From NCBI GenBank assembly GCA_016748015.1, contig JAAOMT010000445.1, forward strand, positions 248,001 to 312,000: a stretch of DNA of 64,000 nucleotides. The letters run 5' to 3'. Position numbers and translations under genes: made by a program. Under the pieces are notes generated by a model that was not told the DNA's origin, searched no databases, and worked only from the letters and a program-made list of their open reading frames with translations. The stretch comes from Geosiphon pyriformis uo1 (Eukaryota > Fungi > Glomeromycota). Positions 13,401 through 26,240 of the stretch are shown here, one piece after another; the stretch's first letter is position 1, and every line of letters begins with the position of its first letter.

Positions 13401-16400
13401 TATCCAAAGAAATCACCACCACAAAAAAAATAACTAGTGGCTGGAAAAGAGAATACTCCTGAGAACTGATAAAAGAGCCACCATATATTCCTCTCAAATG
13501 CAAAGACTGTAGGAAGAAACTGTTTTCTATGAGAGCTTGGGTCACGCCAAACAAAGATTACTAGATGCGAACCCACTATTATTGTAAGTCTTACCACCAC
13601 AAATGCTATGGCTATCCAAAAAGGCAAGGCAAATGGGACAATGATTCATGTCTCACTTGTGACAAACAACTACTCGATGAAGGAATGTGAAACAACATTC
13701 CTGGGCAAAGAGGAACATGCGATGCTTCGTGCCAATATACAATCCTCATCAGTGACTGGGTAAGTCATAGTATGCTAATAACTGCAGCCTGACACTGTGC
13801 AATATCTTGCTTGGACAGTTACTCACACGACAAAAATGAGATCTGGCAAATGGCAAACACAAAAATAAAAGGTACCACACTTAGCAAAATATTGAAAATC
13901 AAGAACAACCCTCCAAAACCAGTTAACATTGTTTTGATTTCTAACCCAGACACTTTCCTGGACCTGGAAGCAGGCCCAAAAGAATTCCATGAACACTACC
14001 AAAATTTGGCACCAACCAGAGAGGAACAAGAGCAATGGTTGGAAGAAATCAACATTCAACTATGTGATCATTGTTTAATTCTCTGTGACTTTCAATACTG
14101 TAATGAGTGTGATCTCATTTACAATCCACCCATCTGTATGATCTACACAATCCCAAAGAAAGAAGAACCAATCAGCAGCTGTGCATTGGAATTGGAATCA
14201 GTTTTCAATTCCAATTCAAACTCCAACAACAACAACAATGAAAACAATGGTTCTAGCTCCACTCCAATTAGCAACAAGAATTACAACAATTTAAACTTTG
14301 ATTCATACCCTGAAACATTTATCGCACTTTTTGACCTCACCAAGGAACAGGAACTTAAATGGTTCAGTAATAATGGCAAAAGTATCATGCCAGAATGTGC
14401 ACATGATACTGATGCAAGGTTTGATCTGAGATATCCAGAAAAAGATTCCATCAAATTGGAACCACATTCGTGCACTTGCATCAATCTAAAAATAGCACTG
14501 AAAATTCCAGCAACAACTATGGTTCAATTAGCATCTAGGAGTAGTTTAGCAAAAAAGGGAATAAACATCAGAGAAAAAATAATTGACACAGAATACATAA
14601 GAAATATCATTGCTATGCTACAAAATAACTCTGAAAAAGCCTATATCATAGAGCCAAATGAAAAGATAGCACAGACAATATTTCTGTCTCTGGTTAAAAT
14701 AGCTCAGCTAGTATTAGTGGAAAACAAGGAAGAATTAGGAATAACAGCAAGAGGGATACAGAGATTCAGATTAATGGGTAGAATAGATATACCAGTTAAT
14801 ATGGCAGAAGAAAAAGTTATTGACAAAAGAGTAATTATCTTAATTTGTCAAACAATTTTTATTCCACCATATGACCAGTATATGTTAGTCATAAAAAGAA
14901 AAGTAAAGAATCAAGCTCAGTTGTTTAAAGCAGAAGCCACCATTTGTGAATTAAAAGAGATTGGACTCATGAATTTCTACATATCAGCCAAAAGCCCCAA
15001 AAATATCAAAATTCCCATCTACAACACAACAGAAAATGTCATCAAAATACCAAAGAGAACCATCATTGGATATTTAATCACTGAAGTTGGGAATCAACCA
15101 CCAAACCACATTCCAAACTTTTCACAGCTTTGCAGATATGTAGACATCACATCACAGACTATATACAGACGAAGTGAATGTTATTTGCTCCAACCAGAAC
15201 AATTGGAACAGATCAACATGGGGAATCTAAATCTACTCCAACAAATGCAACTAAAGATATTACTCAGCAATTTCAATGATATTTTTGCAAGCAAAAATGA
15301 ATTTGGTTGCACCAACATCATCTAGCATCAGATCAAGACTAGAGATGCAATGCCAATTAAGCAAAGAGCATACAAAGTACTACCAGCTAGCCATGAGATC
15401 ATTTGTCAAGAAATTAATCAGATGCTTGACAATGAGCTTGTTCAGCCATTAATGAGTCCATGGTCGTTATCAGTGGTACTAGTCCAGAAGAAAAATGGAA
15501 AAATCTGCTTTTGTGTAGATTACTGGAAATTGAATAGAGTAATCAAAGGAGACAGCTACTCAACTCCAAAGATCCAAGAACTATTCAATGCTTTTGGAGA
15601 AAATAAATGGTTCTTAACACTAGATTTAGATAGTGGTTACTGGCAAGTAGCCATGGACCCAGCTGACAAAGAAAAGACTGCATTCACAACAAGAGAAGAG
15701 AATTTCGAATTTGAAGTCATGCTATTTGGCTTGATGAACACTCCAGTGACATTCCAACAACTCATGGAAATCATCTATACTGGATTACTATAGAAATCAG
15801 TAGTTGTTTATCTAAATGACACAAATGTGTTTTCAAAAACATTTGATGATCATCTGCATTACCTCTAGCAAGTATTTGAAAAACTCAGAAGAGCCGGATT
15901 GAAACTAAATGCAACTAAGTGTTTCTTTGGAAAGACGGAACTAAAATTCTTGGGACATATTGTGAGCAAAGATGGCATCAAAACAGATCCAGACAAAATT
16001 GAAGTTGTCAAAAACTTTCCAGTACCAAACAATCTCACAGAACTAAGAGCATTCTTGGGATTTGCTGGATACTACTGCCACTTTATCAAAGACTTTTCTA
16101 AAATAGCTTAACAACTACATTAGCTCCAAACAAAAAACACCAAATATGAATGGACAAAAACACAGCAAGAAGCTTTTGATACACTAAGGAGAAAACTTAT
16201 TTAAGCTCCAGTACTGATCTATTTAGATCATAGCAAGCCATTTATTATTACCACTGATGCATCAAGTCAAGCATTGGAAGCAGCACTATCACAAAAAAGA
16301 CCAGATAGAAGAGAATATCCAGTAGCTTACACCAGTAGAAGCTTAAGTCCAGCTGAAAAGAACTATAGAACTCCAGTACTAGAACACTTAGCTATTTATT

Positions 16401-16612
16401 GGGCTGTTATCAAGTAGAAAGAATATTTGAGCCAAAAGTTTGATGTGTACACCAATCACAAGAGATTGATTTCAATTCAGAAGCAGAAATTTGGAGATGA
16501 CTGCCATGTCAGATGGAAAATAGAACTTTCACCATTTAATTATACAGTACACTATAAGAAAGGAAAAAACAATGGAAATGCCAACGGATTGTTGTAAATA
16601 AGACAAATCTAA
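10490..16612 (+). pseudogene. gag-pol: Element C Gag-PR-Cys-rich-dUTPase-RT-RNaseH polyprotein (many stops and frameshifts)
   Basis: Gag IKQGENEAVTTY, zinc knuckle CHNCGKQDHIRANC (~12113), protease LILDSGSAG (~12810), 504-aa ORF 13811..15325 with dUTPase, RT 15350.., RNase H ending TAA 16610-16612. Confidence 0.93.
14386..14780 (+). pseudogene. dut: dUTPase domain within element C Pol
   Basis: All five trimeric dUTPase motifs in order: DARFDLRY, SRSSLAKKG, IIDTEYIR (GxIDxxYxG), EKIAQ, TARGIQRFRL (RGxxGFGS). Confidence 0.88.
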
Positions 16613-16642
16613 AAACATTTCAACCCAAAAATATAACAAAAC

Positions 16643-18019
16643 ATGAATACACAAAAATACTAACAACTTCAACATTATATAAATACTCAATCATTCAAGG
16701 AGAAATTATCTCAAAAAGAACAAAACAACATAAAACAACAATCAAAATATTTTATCAATCATCAAAATATACTTTACTAAAAGAACAGAAGAAATCCAGA
16801 TCAACCAACCAGAGTAATCACAGAACCAGAAAAAGAGACAATATTATTCAACATGCACTCAGACCCAACAGCAGGACATTTTCATAAAGAAGCAACCATG
16901 AAAAGAACTAAAAAAAGATACTATTGGCTATCAATGTATCCAGACATCATCTAATATGTTCAAAATTGTGATGCTTGTCAGAGAAGAGAAAGAACAAGAC
17001 CCAGTAAACCATTAAAACCAATCAAAGTGGGACAACCATTCAATCATATTGGAATTGACTTAGTTGGACCATTAACAATCACCAGCAGAGGCAACAGATA
17101 TATTGCAATAGCTATGGATTATCTTACTAAATGGCCAAAAGCAAAAGCCATTCAAAGAGCAGATGCAGAATCTGTTGCTGAATTCATCTATTAAGATTTG
17201 ATCTGTCAACACAAATGTTCAAAAAAACTACTATCAGATCAAGGAACTCACTTTTTGAACAGAACACTGGCAGAATTAAGTCAAAGATTTGAAGTTAAAA
17301 AACCATTGTCATCACCATACCATCCACAAACCAATAGACTAGTTGAAAGATTCAATAGAATATTGTGTGAAGCAGTTGCCAAGATCAGTCAAGAAAACCA
17401 GGATAAATGTGATTTGTTTATACCATCAATACTATTTGCTTATCAGACAATGAAGCAAGACACTACACAAGCAACACCATTTGAATTAGTATATGGTAAA
17501 ACAGTAACATTACCAGTTGAGATAGAAGTCAACACTTATTCAACAGAACCAATAACTGAAGACAATTTTCAGAAAACGTTGCTAAGAAGAACATATGACT
17601 TGATAGAAACTCTAGAAAACAAGCGACGAAAAGCAGTTGATAACATTCAAAAGTTACAAAAAAAACAAAAAGAGAAACACGATAACCAACTACCAGACAA
17701 ACCAGTTGAATTCAAGATTGGAAACAAAGTACTTCTACATTGTACTAAAGCAGAAAAACAATGGAGTGGAAAATTGGACCCCAAATGGGATGGACCATTT
17801 CACATTGAAGAAATTCTTGAAAATAGAGCCTATAAATTAAGATGGGACAACAAAATCTTAGCCAAAACAGCACATGGTAATCGACTAAAACCATATCACC
17901 ATACAGTGTTACCATCCACCAGTAATATTCCACAATTAGGAGTACAACAAATACTAGTCTAACCAGATGAGATTCCACAAAATCTGGAACCAATCATAAT
18001 TATTAGACCAAACACATAA
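16643..18019 (+). pseudogene. int: Element C stand-alone integrase
   Basis: Own ATG 30 nt after the RNase H stop. ORF 17198..17962 has SDQGTHF, YHPQTNRLVERFN and KWDGPF. Confidence 0.92.
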
Positions 18020-18078
18020 AATCAAACAATCAAAAAGTATATAAAGACACAGTATACATGACAAAAGCAACCAAGAAA

Positions 18079-18729
18079 ATGGAAATACTAGATCATATTC
18101 ACACCATAGCTCAGTAATTATTCTAGGCATTAAGTCAACAGCCATTAGACATAGAAATTATCATTAATAACCAAACAATTTGCTATTGAAACACCAAAAA
18201 AAAGACACAGAAATACACCATATTAGCAGATACCAAGGAGTAATAAAAACTGGTCAAACAACATAATAGAAAAAGTAAAGAACACTTTTGGGAAAATCCT
18301 TGCTATGGCACCAACAGAAGAACTTACAAAAAAGAATTAGAAGCAATGAACAAAACAACTTCCAATATCATACTGCTACTACCAGTTAGGTTGGAAGTTG
18401 AATATTTAGGAGTTATATACCAAAAAATTCAAGAGAATATTTAACCAAAACATAATACAACAAATTGAAGAATTCATTGGAAAGAAAATGAATTTAACAC
18501 TACATGTTAAAACAATGTACTGACTATATAACATATTTCAGAATTATTCAGAAATACTGTTATATTCTAACATGGAAACCATAATCATTAACCAATGGGG
18601 AAGAATGAACAATACACAAATAGAAGACATAAAGAACAGAATTGAACAAACAATACTTAAAAAAGAAGTATTAGAATTAATTCAAAATAAAGATTTCAAT
18701 GGAGCTCAATATTAAAAAAGAGAAGATAA
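18079..18729 (+). pseudogene. Element C ORF3 (degenerate)
   Basis: MEILDHIHTIAQ.LF.ALSQQPLDIEIIINN...CYYQLGWKL; positional and motif homolog of ORF3 in A, F and G. Confidence 0.65.
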
Positions 18730-19551
18730 TGTTACTCATAAAAAAAAAAAACAGATATAAAAAAAAGTAGACTAATAAGTGAGTAGTAGTTAGCACGTGA
18801 GCACATTGTTTAACAATGTGGAGCAATGTTAGAAATCATGGCATATTGCTCAGCAATGTGAAGCGATGTCAAGAAGATATGACATATTGCTCAACAATGT
18901 GAGTATTGCTTGAGAAATTATAGCACATCACTCGAGAATGTGAGCAATTTCATAGAACCCAAATTATGTATATATAGCAGTAGTGCTAGAAGTAAAAAGA
19001 GCAGAATTCATTAGTTAGAAACCTTTTATATTACAAATATCAATAAATAATTATTCACTATCTCAATCTATTTGTTACTATCAACATGAAGTGTTGATAG
19101 TAATTGATACTTAACCCCATTAGAACAATAGCTCTTGATCACAGCTATTGACAGAATACTAATTCATGCATTGTCTTAGCTCATTTCTTTATTTTCTTTT
19201 CTTTTATTTTCTTCTTTTTTTTTGATTTTATTGTTGTATGCTAATCAATTGAAGATTAAAGTGCTGAAATACAAACATCATAGTGACTGGTAAAAGACCT
19301 GTGAAACAAGGGTAGAACACTCATAGATTTGAGGATAGCTTACCAGAAGGATTACCAACCATCATGCTGAAAAAAAAATTTGACAAAACTACAGTTTTGG
19401 GAAGCTACAGATAAACCCATCAATTAATTTTCTGTCCATTATACAAAAAACTCCACAACAAAACCTTCAGATATTAGCCTCAGAATACCAACCAAGCACC
19501 AAGTTATGGATTTGTTATTTGATTTGAGATTCCAAATAATTATCTGTAATA
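18730..19551 (+). repeat. 3' LTR of element C (822 bp)
   Basis: Preceded by PPT AAAAAAGAGAAGATAA. TGTTACTCAT...TCTGTAATA. Direct repeat of 9684..10427. Confidence 0.92.
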
Positions 19552-19679
19552 TTATCAAACTCAATGAGTGGTGCTGGCATGTTGGTACTGGGTTTGAAAT
19601 GACCACACATTGTTGGTATTTGGGTGTATTATCTGTTTTAACTAAGTTGGAGCTCCTATATGTTCCAGTTGAATGTTGC

Positions 19680-20459
19680 TGTTATTCAAAAAAAGAAAAA
19701 CAGATATAAAAAATAGTTGATCAATAGGAGAGTAGTAGTTAGCACATGAGCATATTGCTTAGCAATATGAAGCGATATTAGAAAATTAGAGCACATTGCT
19801 CAAAAAATCATAGCACATTGCTCAGGAATATGACTGATCTCATAGAACATCAATTATGTATATATAGCAGTAGCATTAGAAAAAAAAAGGACAGATCTCT
19901 TAGTTTAGATTTAATCTAAGCAACCTTTTACATCACAAATATCAATAAATAATTATTTACTATCTCAATCTACTCTCCACTATCAACACTCCATGTTTAT
20001 AGTAATTGATACTTAGCCACACTAGAACAATAGCTCTTGATCATGGCTATTAATGAGATACTAACATATTGTTTTGGCTTATTTTCTTATTTCTTTTTAT
20101 TTTCTTTTTTTATTTTCTTTTTTTTGTTTGTTAACTTGATTAAAAAAAATTACATATAAAGGTATTGACGTTAGGATATAGTACTGGTAAAAAACTCAGG
20201 AATAAGAGTAGACACTTGGAATTAAGAATATTTTATCAAAAGAATTACTGACCATTATGCTGAGAAAAAAATTGACAAAACTGCAGTTTTGGGAAGCTAT
20301 GGATAAAACTATCAATTGAACTTCTGTTCATTATACAAAGAACTCAACCAAAACCTTTAAAAACTACATCTTCAGAAATTATCAACGTCTATATATCAAC
20401 TAAATACCAAGTTACAGATTTGTTATTTAATTTGAGACCCCAAATAATTATTTGTAATA
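19680..20459 (+). mobile_element. Solo LTR (C/B-related family) inserted in the element B protease
   Basis: TGTTATTCAA...TTTGTAATA, TSD TTGC/TTAC, no PBS or PPT on its flanks. The host frame rejoins as KTNATFNW. Confidence 0.9.
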
Positions 20460-21698
20460 TTACATTGGTTTTGGACAACCAATCATTGCCAATAAGTACT
20501 TGGTACTAAGTGGCTTCTATGACTAATATCTTAATTAATATGATGATGCCATTGACTTTTATGGGAAAATCATCAATCTTGCCAATTGGAGTTTTAGTCA
20601 CTCCATCAGCTGTTATAATTTTGGTGCTGGCAGCACAATCAACTTGGTGACCTAATTGGTCCATGAATTGTCATGTAATAATGCTGTCTGTTAAACCACT
20701 ATCTAATATGAGTTTGATGGAATGGCCATTAATTTTAGCATCAGTGTACATGGTGGTGATTGGTTTTTCTTCAAGTATGACTCTACTAAACAAAAACATG
20801 GATGACAGTTCTTTAAGTTTAAACAGAAAAATTGCTGCTAGTAATTCATCATTGGTGATGGTGACTGGAAGTATGTTGCTGGTAAGTGGTTGGGTCTGGT
20901 TGGTTTCCATATTATTGAATGAGACATCTTCTGAGGTGACTAAAAGACTTAAATAGTTCTGGAAATTTGGGTTTTGGGTGTATCTAGTTTCTGAACTCCA
21001 TTGGCATAATTTTAATTGTTGGGTAGATGAACTGAGAATTGGTTAATGAACAACCATCGCTGATTTCCAGTTTTGTTGAATGGATCTTGGTCTTTGGTTT
21101 CTATGTAATATTGGAGTTGAAATTTGTGGTGGTGTTTGAATTTGTTGGAGTTAATATATTATTTGTGGCTGTGGTTAATAAATAACTAATGCTGGAGTCT
21201 GATAAATCAGTGGTTAATAAATGGGCTGTGATGTTATTGGTAGGTAATTCAGTTGATATGGATTTGGTTGATAACTTGGAGTTTGAAACCAGTGATCAGA
21301 TTTTTAATATTGATTTCCCAATTGTTGGTTATTTAATTAATGGTAACAGTTCATTTGTAAGTATTCTTTTTTACCACAATAGTGGCAAATATGTATTTCC
21401 TGTTACTACTGTTAATTGATCAACAATGATAGACATGATTGATTTTGGAACCAATTTGAGTTTCCTGAATTATTGCGTCATTGTGGTGGCTAATAAATTG
21501 CATGATTGTCAGCTAAGTATCTTTTTAGTTTCTGATTAATTGAATTACTAAATTGTTTTAGTTTAAAATCTAAGTCAGATGATCCATTCATTACTAGATT
21601 TATGGCTTGGACATGGTTGGCTTCAAGTTCAGCTGCTTCAAAATCTTTGGTGTTTGTAACAGTGGCTTGAAGATCTGCTGGATACAATAAACATACAC
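20460..21698 (-). pseudogene. gag-pol: Element B Gag C-terminus and protease fragment
   Basis: ORFs 20671..20910 (LILDSGLTDS) and 21490..21735 (DFEAAELEANH). Confidence 0.88.
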
Positions 21699-22613
21699 TG
21701 TTATGGGTAAACTGAATAGGGTATGGTGGTAACATTTAATGCTCTAGTTTTGGGTTATCTTTCAAAGTTGTCTGTTTTTTTTGTCATGTCAGTGTTATCA
21801 GTCTCTGAAGGTCTATTCCTGGCTGTAAATTTATCCGTTGAGTTTTTTGGTTATAAGGCACAGAGTTTGTCTTTTGTCAATTATAATGTTTTCTGTAAAT
21901 GTGAACTTTTTTTTCTGTGTTAACAAATGCAGTCATTAGGATCCAGTATTGTCTTTTTGCTCTTCTGATAAGCTACCAAGATAACATTAATATCCAAAAC
22001 TTAAAAAGAGCTTCCCTCTTTTACCAGGTTATCACGAAGTTTATTCTAAGACAGTCAATTTTTCTATGTTGTTGTTCCAAAAAAAGAAAGAAAATAAAAT
22101 AAAAAAAGAAAAAAAGAAAAAGAAAAGAAAAGAATTAGTTTCTGTCAATCACTGTGATCAAAAGCAATTGGTCCAAATTATTAAGAGTTTAAGGCTTTTA
22201 TGCCAATGACATCTGTCCTGGAACAAAAGTAGAAAATACTGATTTTAATTTCAATTAAAATCTGTAAGATGGGAGAACATGAATTGGTGAATTGGATTTG
22301 GTTTTGATAATTTATTGTATTTTGGACTATGAATATATAATAAGTATAATACAAAGTAAAATTGATTTCTAACTAACTGTCTGTCTTTTCAACTTCTACA
22401 ACTACTTGCTTTTATACATTCTTTTGGTTTTACAGGATTGCTTTCAATTGCTTCACTATTGCTAGCTATTGCTCATTATTGCTAGCTATTGCTTGTTATT
22501 GCTAGCTATTGCTCGTGTTTGCTCTGTGTTACCTCGAGTTGTACCATGTTTTTCTTGTCATGTTTCTTTGTCACATTTTTTCATAGCTTTTTGGTTTTTC
22601 TACTTGGGTAACA
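21699..22613 (-). repeat. 3' LTR of element D (915 bp)
   Basis: TGTTATGGG...GGGTAACA, followed on + by TTATCTTTCTCTTTTTA (PPT on -). Contains TTGCTAGCTA/TTGCTCATTA 10-bp repeats. Confidence 0.92.
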
Positions 22614-23355
22614 TTATCTTTCTCTTTTTAAAATTGAGCTTTTACAAAATCATCTATTTCAGCCAAGTTTGTGTTTTCTGTAAAGAACTTAAATGTTGCT
22701 TTCAGTATTGCTTTTTGTAGAACTTCAAATTAGGTGTTTGTTATCTGTTCTATGTTGTTGACTGTGATAGTTTTCAGAGTTTTGTCTAGTAGTACTATTA
22801 GATAGTGTTTAAATGCTGAATATAGTCAGTATATTGCTTTATAGTATAGGTTTAAATTGTTTCTTCCCACAAATTTTTCTACTTGTCTGTAGGCTTCTTT
22901 GTTGATTGTTTGATGGTTGAAGTCTTTGTATGGGCTATCTAATCCTAATTGTAATCCAATTTTAAATAGTCAATAGATGAGTGAAAGTTTTTTTTCTATT
23001 TCTTTGCATTTTCAGGTGTCCATTTTTCTGTTACTGGCTCTAATGTTTGCCTGTTCAAACCCTCTCTTATTTTTTCAATTCTTACCCAACACAGTTCTAT
23101 TTCTGTTATCTTCCCTTTTTTCTTAGCTGTGTTGGATCCTATTCCTATCATATCCTTTTTTCTTTTATAAAAAGAGGTTTGCTTGTAAAGATGTGACAGC
23201 TTAGTTCTAGTTGAACTCTTGTCCACCTTTTTTTTGCTCCTATCCCTGTATCATATCTTTTTTTTATCAATTGTGATTTCTATTTGAGTAGAAGATTGTT
23301 GAATTGCATCAAACAGTTGTTTTGAAAGTTGTAGAATTTGATTTGAAAAGTTCAT
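22614..23355 (-). pseudogene. Element D ORF3 (degenerate)
   Basis: MNFSNQILQLSKQLFDAIQQSSTQIEITID, homologous to the other ORF3 N-termini. Confidence 0.65.
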
Positions 23356-23439
23356 GTTGAAAAAGGTTTTATCATTTTTTCATTGTTTTCTGGGTGGTAT
23401 ATATACTTGAATTTTTCAATTTAATTTGCTACATGTTGT

Positions 23440-26230
23440 TTACATTTTGATAATGATAATTGGTTCCAGATCTTGTGGTATATCTTCTGGTCTAATTAAT
23501 GAAATTTGTGTTCCTAGTTGATGTATTGATAATGATGACTGTTGTTTTGCATGATAAATTTTTAATCGATTCCTATGAGCTACTTTCTTTAAAATCCTGT
23601 CTTCCAATCATAATTTGTAAGCTCTATTTCCTAATACTTTGTGTATATGGAATAGGCTGTTCCACTTTGGGTTGAATTTTCTGCTCTATTGTTTTTCTGC
23701 TTTTGTATGATGTAATAGTACTTGGTCTCCAATCTTAAATTCCATTGGTTGTTCGAATAGGCAATTGTCATGTCTTTCTTTTTGTCATTCTTAAGCATTA
23801 CTAATATTATTAGCCACTATTCTACGATTGTTTTTTAATGTTTCTATTAGCTGGTATGTTCTTTGGTGTAAGATATCTTCAAAAATTTTTTTGTTGATAG
23901 TTTCTGTTGGGTAGGACGTTATTTCTCATTTAATAGGTAACATTGCTTTTTTTTCATAAACTAATTCAAATAGTGTAAACTGTGTTATATTTTGCTTTAA
24001 TGTTTAATATGCAAAGAGTACAAAAGGTATAAATAAGTCCTATTCTTGTTCATTTTTGTAACTTATTTTTGCTAATGCTTTACATAATATTCTGTTAAAT
24101 TATTCCACCAGTCTATTTGTTTGTGGATGATATAGTGACAATAATAGTTATTTTATACCAAAACATTGACTCAATTCAGTTAATGTAGTATTGACGAGAT
24201 GTGTTCCTTGGTCTGATAACAGTTTTTTCAGGCATCTATGTCTGCATATTAGGTTTTGGTGTACAAATTCAGCTACTGTTTTAGCATTAGCTACTTAGAT
24301 TGCTCTGGCTTTTGGCCATTTTGTAAGGTAGTCTATGGCTATAATGATGTAACAATTTTCTTTGAATATAATCAAGAAGGGACCAACCAAATTGATCCTG
24401 ATTCTATCAAATGGATTTCCAACTGGAATGAATTGAAGTGGTTCCGTTATTCTGGCTTCTTTTTTTCACTAACATGAGTCACAATTGCAAACATATTCAA
24501 AAGATATCCTTATACATTATAGGCCAATAGTATAAATTTGTTGTTTTTTCCAGAGTCATATTGTTACTGGGTGAAAACTACAGATTTGTAACTTCTTAGC
24601 AATGACAATAACTTTTACCTGGAACACATATTACCATAATTATACTACTAACTATAGCATATCATGGGTGTATAAACTATTTCAATGAATGGGAAAGTGA
24701 AAAAAAGATACGTAATAAAGTTATTAAAAGCAAAAGAAAATATTGTTATTATTATTTGTTTTTGGGCAAGAACCAGTTTTAGGTATTTAAAAGATGAAAG
24801 AGAAGTCACATCTCTTTATATGTATCAAAAGTACAACCAGCAACAAGGAAAAACCAAAACTACTTAAGAAAATCATAACCAGAATTTTTTCAATTAGTCA
24901 TTGAAAGAGTGTGGTGTTCAAATACCTGTTTTGAAAATGAAGTTATAGGAATTATAAAAGGAATTGTGAAAGTAAAACATAACTGAAATAGATTTTAATT
25001 AAACTTTTTATTGTTGAAACCATTCTCTAATAACGTGATATTTTATTACTTATTTTTATATCTAACAACTTGTTCAGTGAAACAAAACTTAATATGAAAT
25101 GGTGATAACATATGATTTGAAAGATCAGAAGTAATAGAACAACTTAAAATGGTGATAACAAATAAGTAAAAGATTATAAACAATGTAATTCTAAATGGTA
25201 ATAAGAAATATAGGAAGACATATTTGAAATGGTGATAACAAGTATTTAAAGCATAAGAAGAGGGAAAAAAAGAGTAAAGGGTAAAGGAAAAAACTAACTG
25301 TTTACTATAAAACTATAGCAAAGAGTTGGCTCAGTATTGAACTGATGCTTTCCTGAGCTGACAGAAGGGCTGTATATATAGCTAAATTACATCAGATCTA
25401 CATATTATATTAGAACTATTTAAAATACATCAATTATTTATATACATTTAATTAATCAATTTATGATGAGCTTATTTGGCCTGTTATTTATTCAAGAGCT
25501 AGTAATTTAGATGATCAGATTTTAGATGGCTGGATCTAGAACATTGATTGTAAATCAATAATACCAATTGTGATTATGATCAACATAATCAGAAGTAGAT
25601 CAATTGATTACATTTCTTGGTAACTACTTTTAACTATTAATCACAGATCTGGAATGTTAGATTGTTTCAATAAGAGCATATGAGAATTTTAGAGCATAAT
25701 AAAACCTGTTGTTATTTAATTACATGTGTCAATCATTTATTTCCATTGGTATTTTTTAGTTTGTTAAGATTTTTTTGTATTCAACTTAGTTAAACTGTTG
25801 GATTGTGCCATATTTCTTTGTTGTAATTAAATTGATTACTGATCATTTATTTTCAGATTGCCAGTTGATTTGTTGATTAAGTGCAATAATATAGGCTTTT
25901 TTTGCATGATTTTGATGTTAATTTTTATTATATGTGTTGTAATTTTTGCATTGAAAAGTGTGAAAATCTTCCAATAATAGCATCTTTGTTGAAGTGTCCT
26001 GCAGTTGGATCAGAATACATACTATATAATATAGCTTCTTTTTTACTGTCCTTAATCAATTGTTATGAAATGGTGTGCTTTCATTATTTTTGATGATAGA
26101 ATTGATCATTTTGAATAAAGTAATTTCGTGCTTGTTTCCATATGGTATTTTGTTCCTGTTAAGATAAAATCTCCTTGAAATATAGTGTCAATAGGTACTG
26201 ATGTAATCGCTGATAAGTAAGTGTGTCCAT
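23440..26230 (-). pseudogene. int: Element D integrase, interrupted by the 1.42-kb insertion
   Basis: ATG at 26230 (MDTLTYQRLHQYL). GHFNKDA|TLEKT rejoins across the insertion. SDQGTHL and YHPQTN motifs present. Confidence 0.88.
24562..25979. mobile_element. 1.42-kb solo-LTR-like element, copy 1
   Basis: TGTTACTGG...CCAATAATA, TSD ATAT/GCAT. Full-length homolog at 48249..49668. No coding domains. Confidence 0.85.
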
Positions 26231-26240
26231 AAGTCTGAGA

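Larger units (their letters stand above)
9684..19551 (+). mobile_element. Full-length Ty3/Gypsy element C (9.87 kb, decayed)
   Basis: Two LTRs, PBS, gag-pol, integrase, ORF3 and PPT. 4-bp TSD TCAT/TTAT in element B. Confidence 0.95.

Noticed and set aside
13811-15325. Host dUTPase gene or viral insertion
   Set aside because: In frame within the polyprotein and at the same position in four independent elements.
9679-19556. 5-bp TSDs typical of many fungal Gypsy elements
   Set aside because: 5-mers do not match at the junctions checked; 4-bp duplications match and restore host reading frames.
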